From positions 30,876,001-30,940,000 of the forward strand of contig NC_043001.1 in the NCBI RefSeq assembly GCF_006345805.1: DNA of 64,000 bases, in the 5' to 3' direction. Shown here one piece after another: positions 62,891 to 64,000 of the stretch. Made by a program: the position numbers and the translations under genes. Source of the DNA: Octopus sinensis. Taxonomy: Eukaryota. Numbering within the stretch: the first letter of the stretch is position 1; the number at the start of each line of letters is the position of its first letter. Below the pieces are notes generated by a model. It ran no database searches and had not been told where the DNA came from. It saw only the letters and a program-made list of their open reading frames with translations.

Positions 62891-64000
62891 CAGAAAATGG
62901 AGAAAACTTTTGACCAACAAATTGACTACCATCAGTTATTTTTTAATACAAAACCTAACATTGCTAACAGTCGTTTCTGCTGCCTATGTTTCCTATCCTC
63001 CTCGTCAGTCCACACATTTTAGGTCAGTAAGTACTCTCTACAATTATTGAGAACGAAGTACTCAAATCCTGTGTTAATACCAAGAAGGACTCCACTATGC
63101 TTCCTCTACAGTGATAAATGTGTGAGACAAGTGCTAGTGTTTTTGCCATGAGGAAAAAAAAAGCACCCACTTACACAGGTTGGCAATAAACTGAGAATGC
63201 ACAGGGTTGTAAGGTCCTTTCGGTCCTGACTTGCAGAGAACTATTAAACAACTCTAGTGTTAACGTATGAGAAAATGCACTCAGTATACTTTGTTAAATG
63301 GATGACGATAGGGTGATCCTCCGTAGAAGCCAAATCTGTAAGCGCAATTGCTCTTAATAAAAAAAGACAACCTGTCGAATCTATGCCAGCAAGCAGAAAT
63401 AAAATGACATTTCTAAATACATACACAAAAATGATACACGTGCGTTTATGTAGATATACACACACCTACCGGTGTGTATATGCTTGCATATGTATTTATA
63501 AATATATATGCCTGTTAATATATACATAGTTGTAGGTGTACGTAGAAACGACAACAAAAATTAACAGTACAAAATATTTTAAACCTTTAAGAAAGTAGTA
63601 ACTTGTACGATTCCAGAAAAAAATGGAAAAAAAATTCTTTACTAACCCGCCAAACTAAATACAAAGTGACAAAAGTGGAAAGAACTGTCCTAAATTCTAT
63701 GTGTCTAAATATATATATATATATATATAGTATTTTATAAATTATCAAAATTACAAAAACGTATCCCTCTGTATATATTTTGAACATAAATTTATCGTGC
63801 ACACAAGTCCAAATTCCTCTGTAGTGCAAGATACTTCTCTCAGCTGGTTGCTAGTTTGCTTTCGCACGGTAATTTCCGCCACCCCACCATTCCTCAAGAC
63901 CATACCAATATTGTTCTGATAAACGAATAAACAAGAACAAAAGCAAGTACTCAATGCCAGAGAGTGAGAGGGGTATATACCTTATTCTTCTTTATAAACA

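Overview
AT-rich, repeat-saturated animal genomic DNA. The SINE families, (TA)n/(CA)n load and RTE/mariner content point to a coleoid cephalopod, most likely Octopus (inference). Two convergent genes are supported by splice-site-consistent exons. On + are the last four coding exons of a prolyl 3-hydroxylase (P3H/leprecan family; 21971-27955, HxD...H...R residues intact, ending NEEL). On - is a two-coding-exon RHINO/RHNO1 orthologue (44173-42194, 176 aa). The rest is mostly transposon debris: tRNA-head SINEs, RTE/CR1 LINE ends, two Penelope (GIY-YIG) ORF remnants, mariner fragments, Tc1- and piggyBac-type MITEs, Helitrons and a Helentron-type element. The main find lies outside the ORF track. 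At least five unrelated short fold-back families carry minimal type-I hammerhead ribozyme cores in divergent inverted pairs, and one is fused to a tRNA-derived Pol III head. This looks like a Penelope-dependent, retrozyme-like system. Also notable are a two-donor locally templated insertion at 31020-31381, a SINE flanked by an ~80-bp duplication, and a PHD finger inside an RTE ORF. All folding and family calls were made by eye, without searches.
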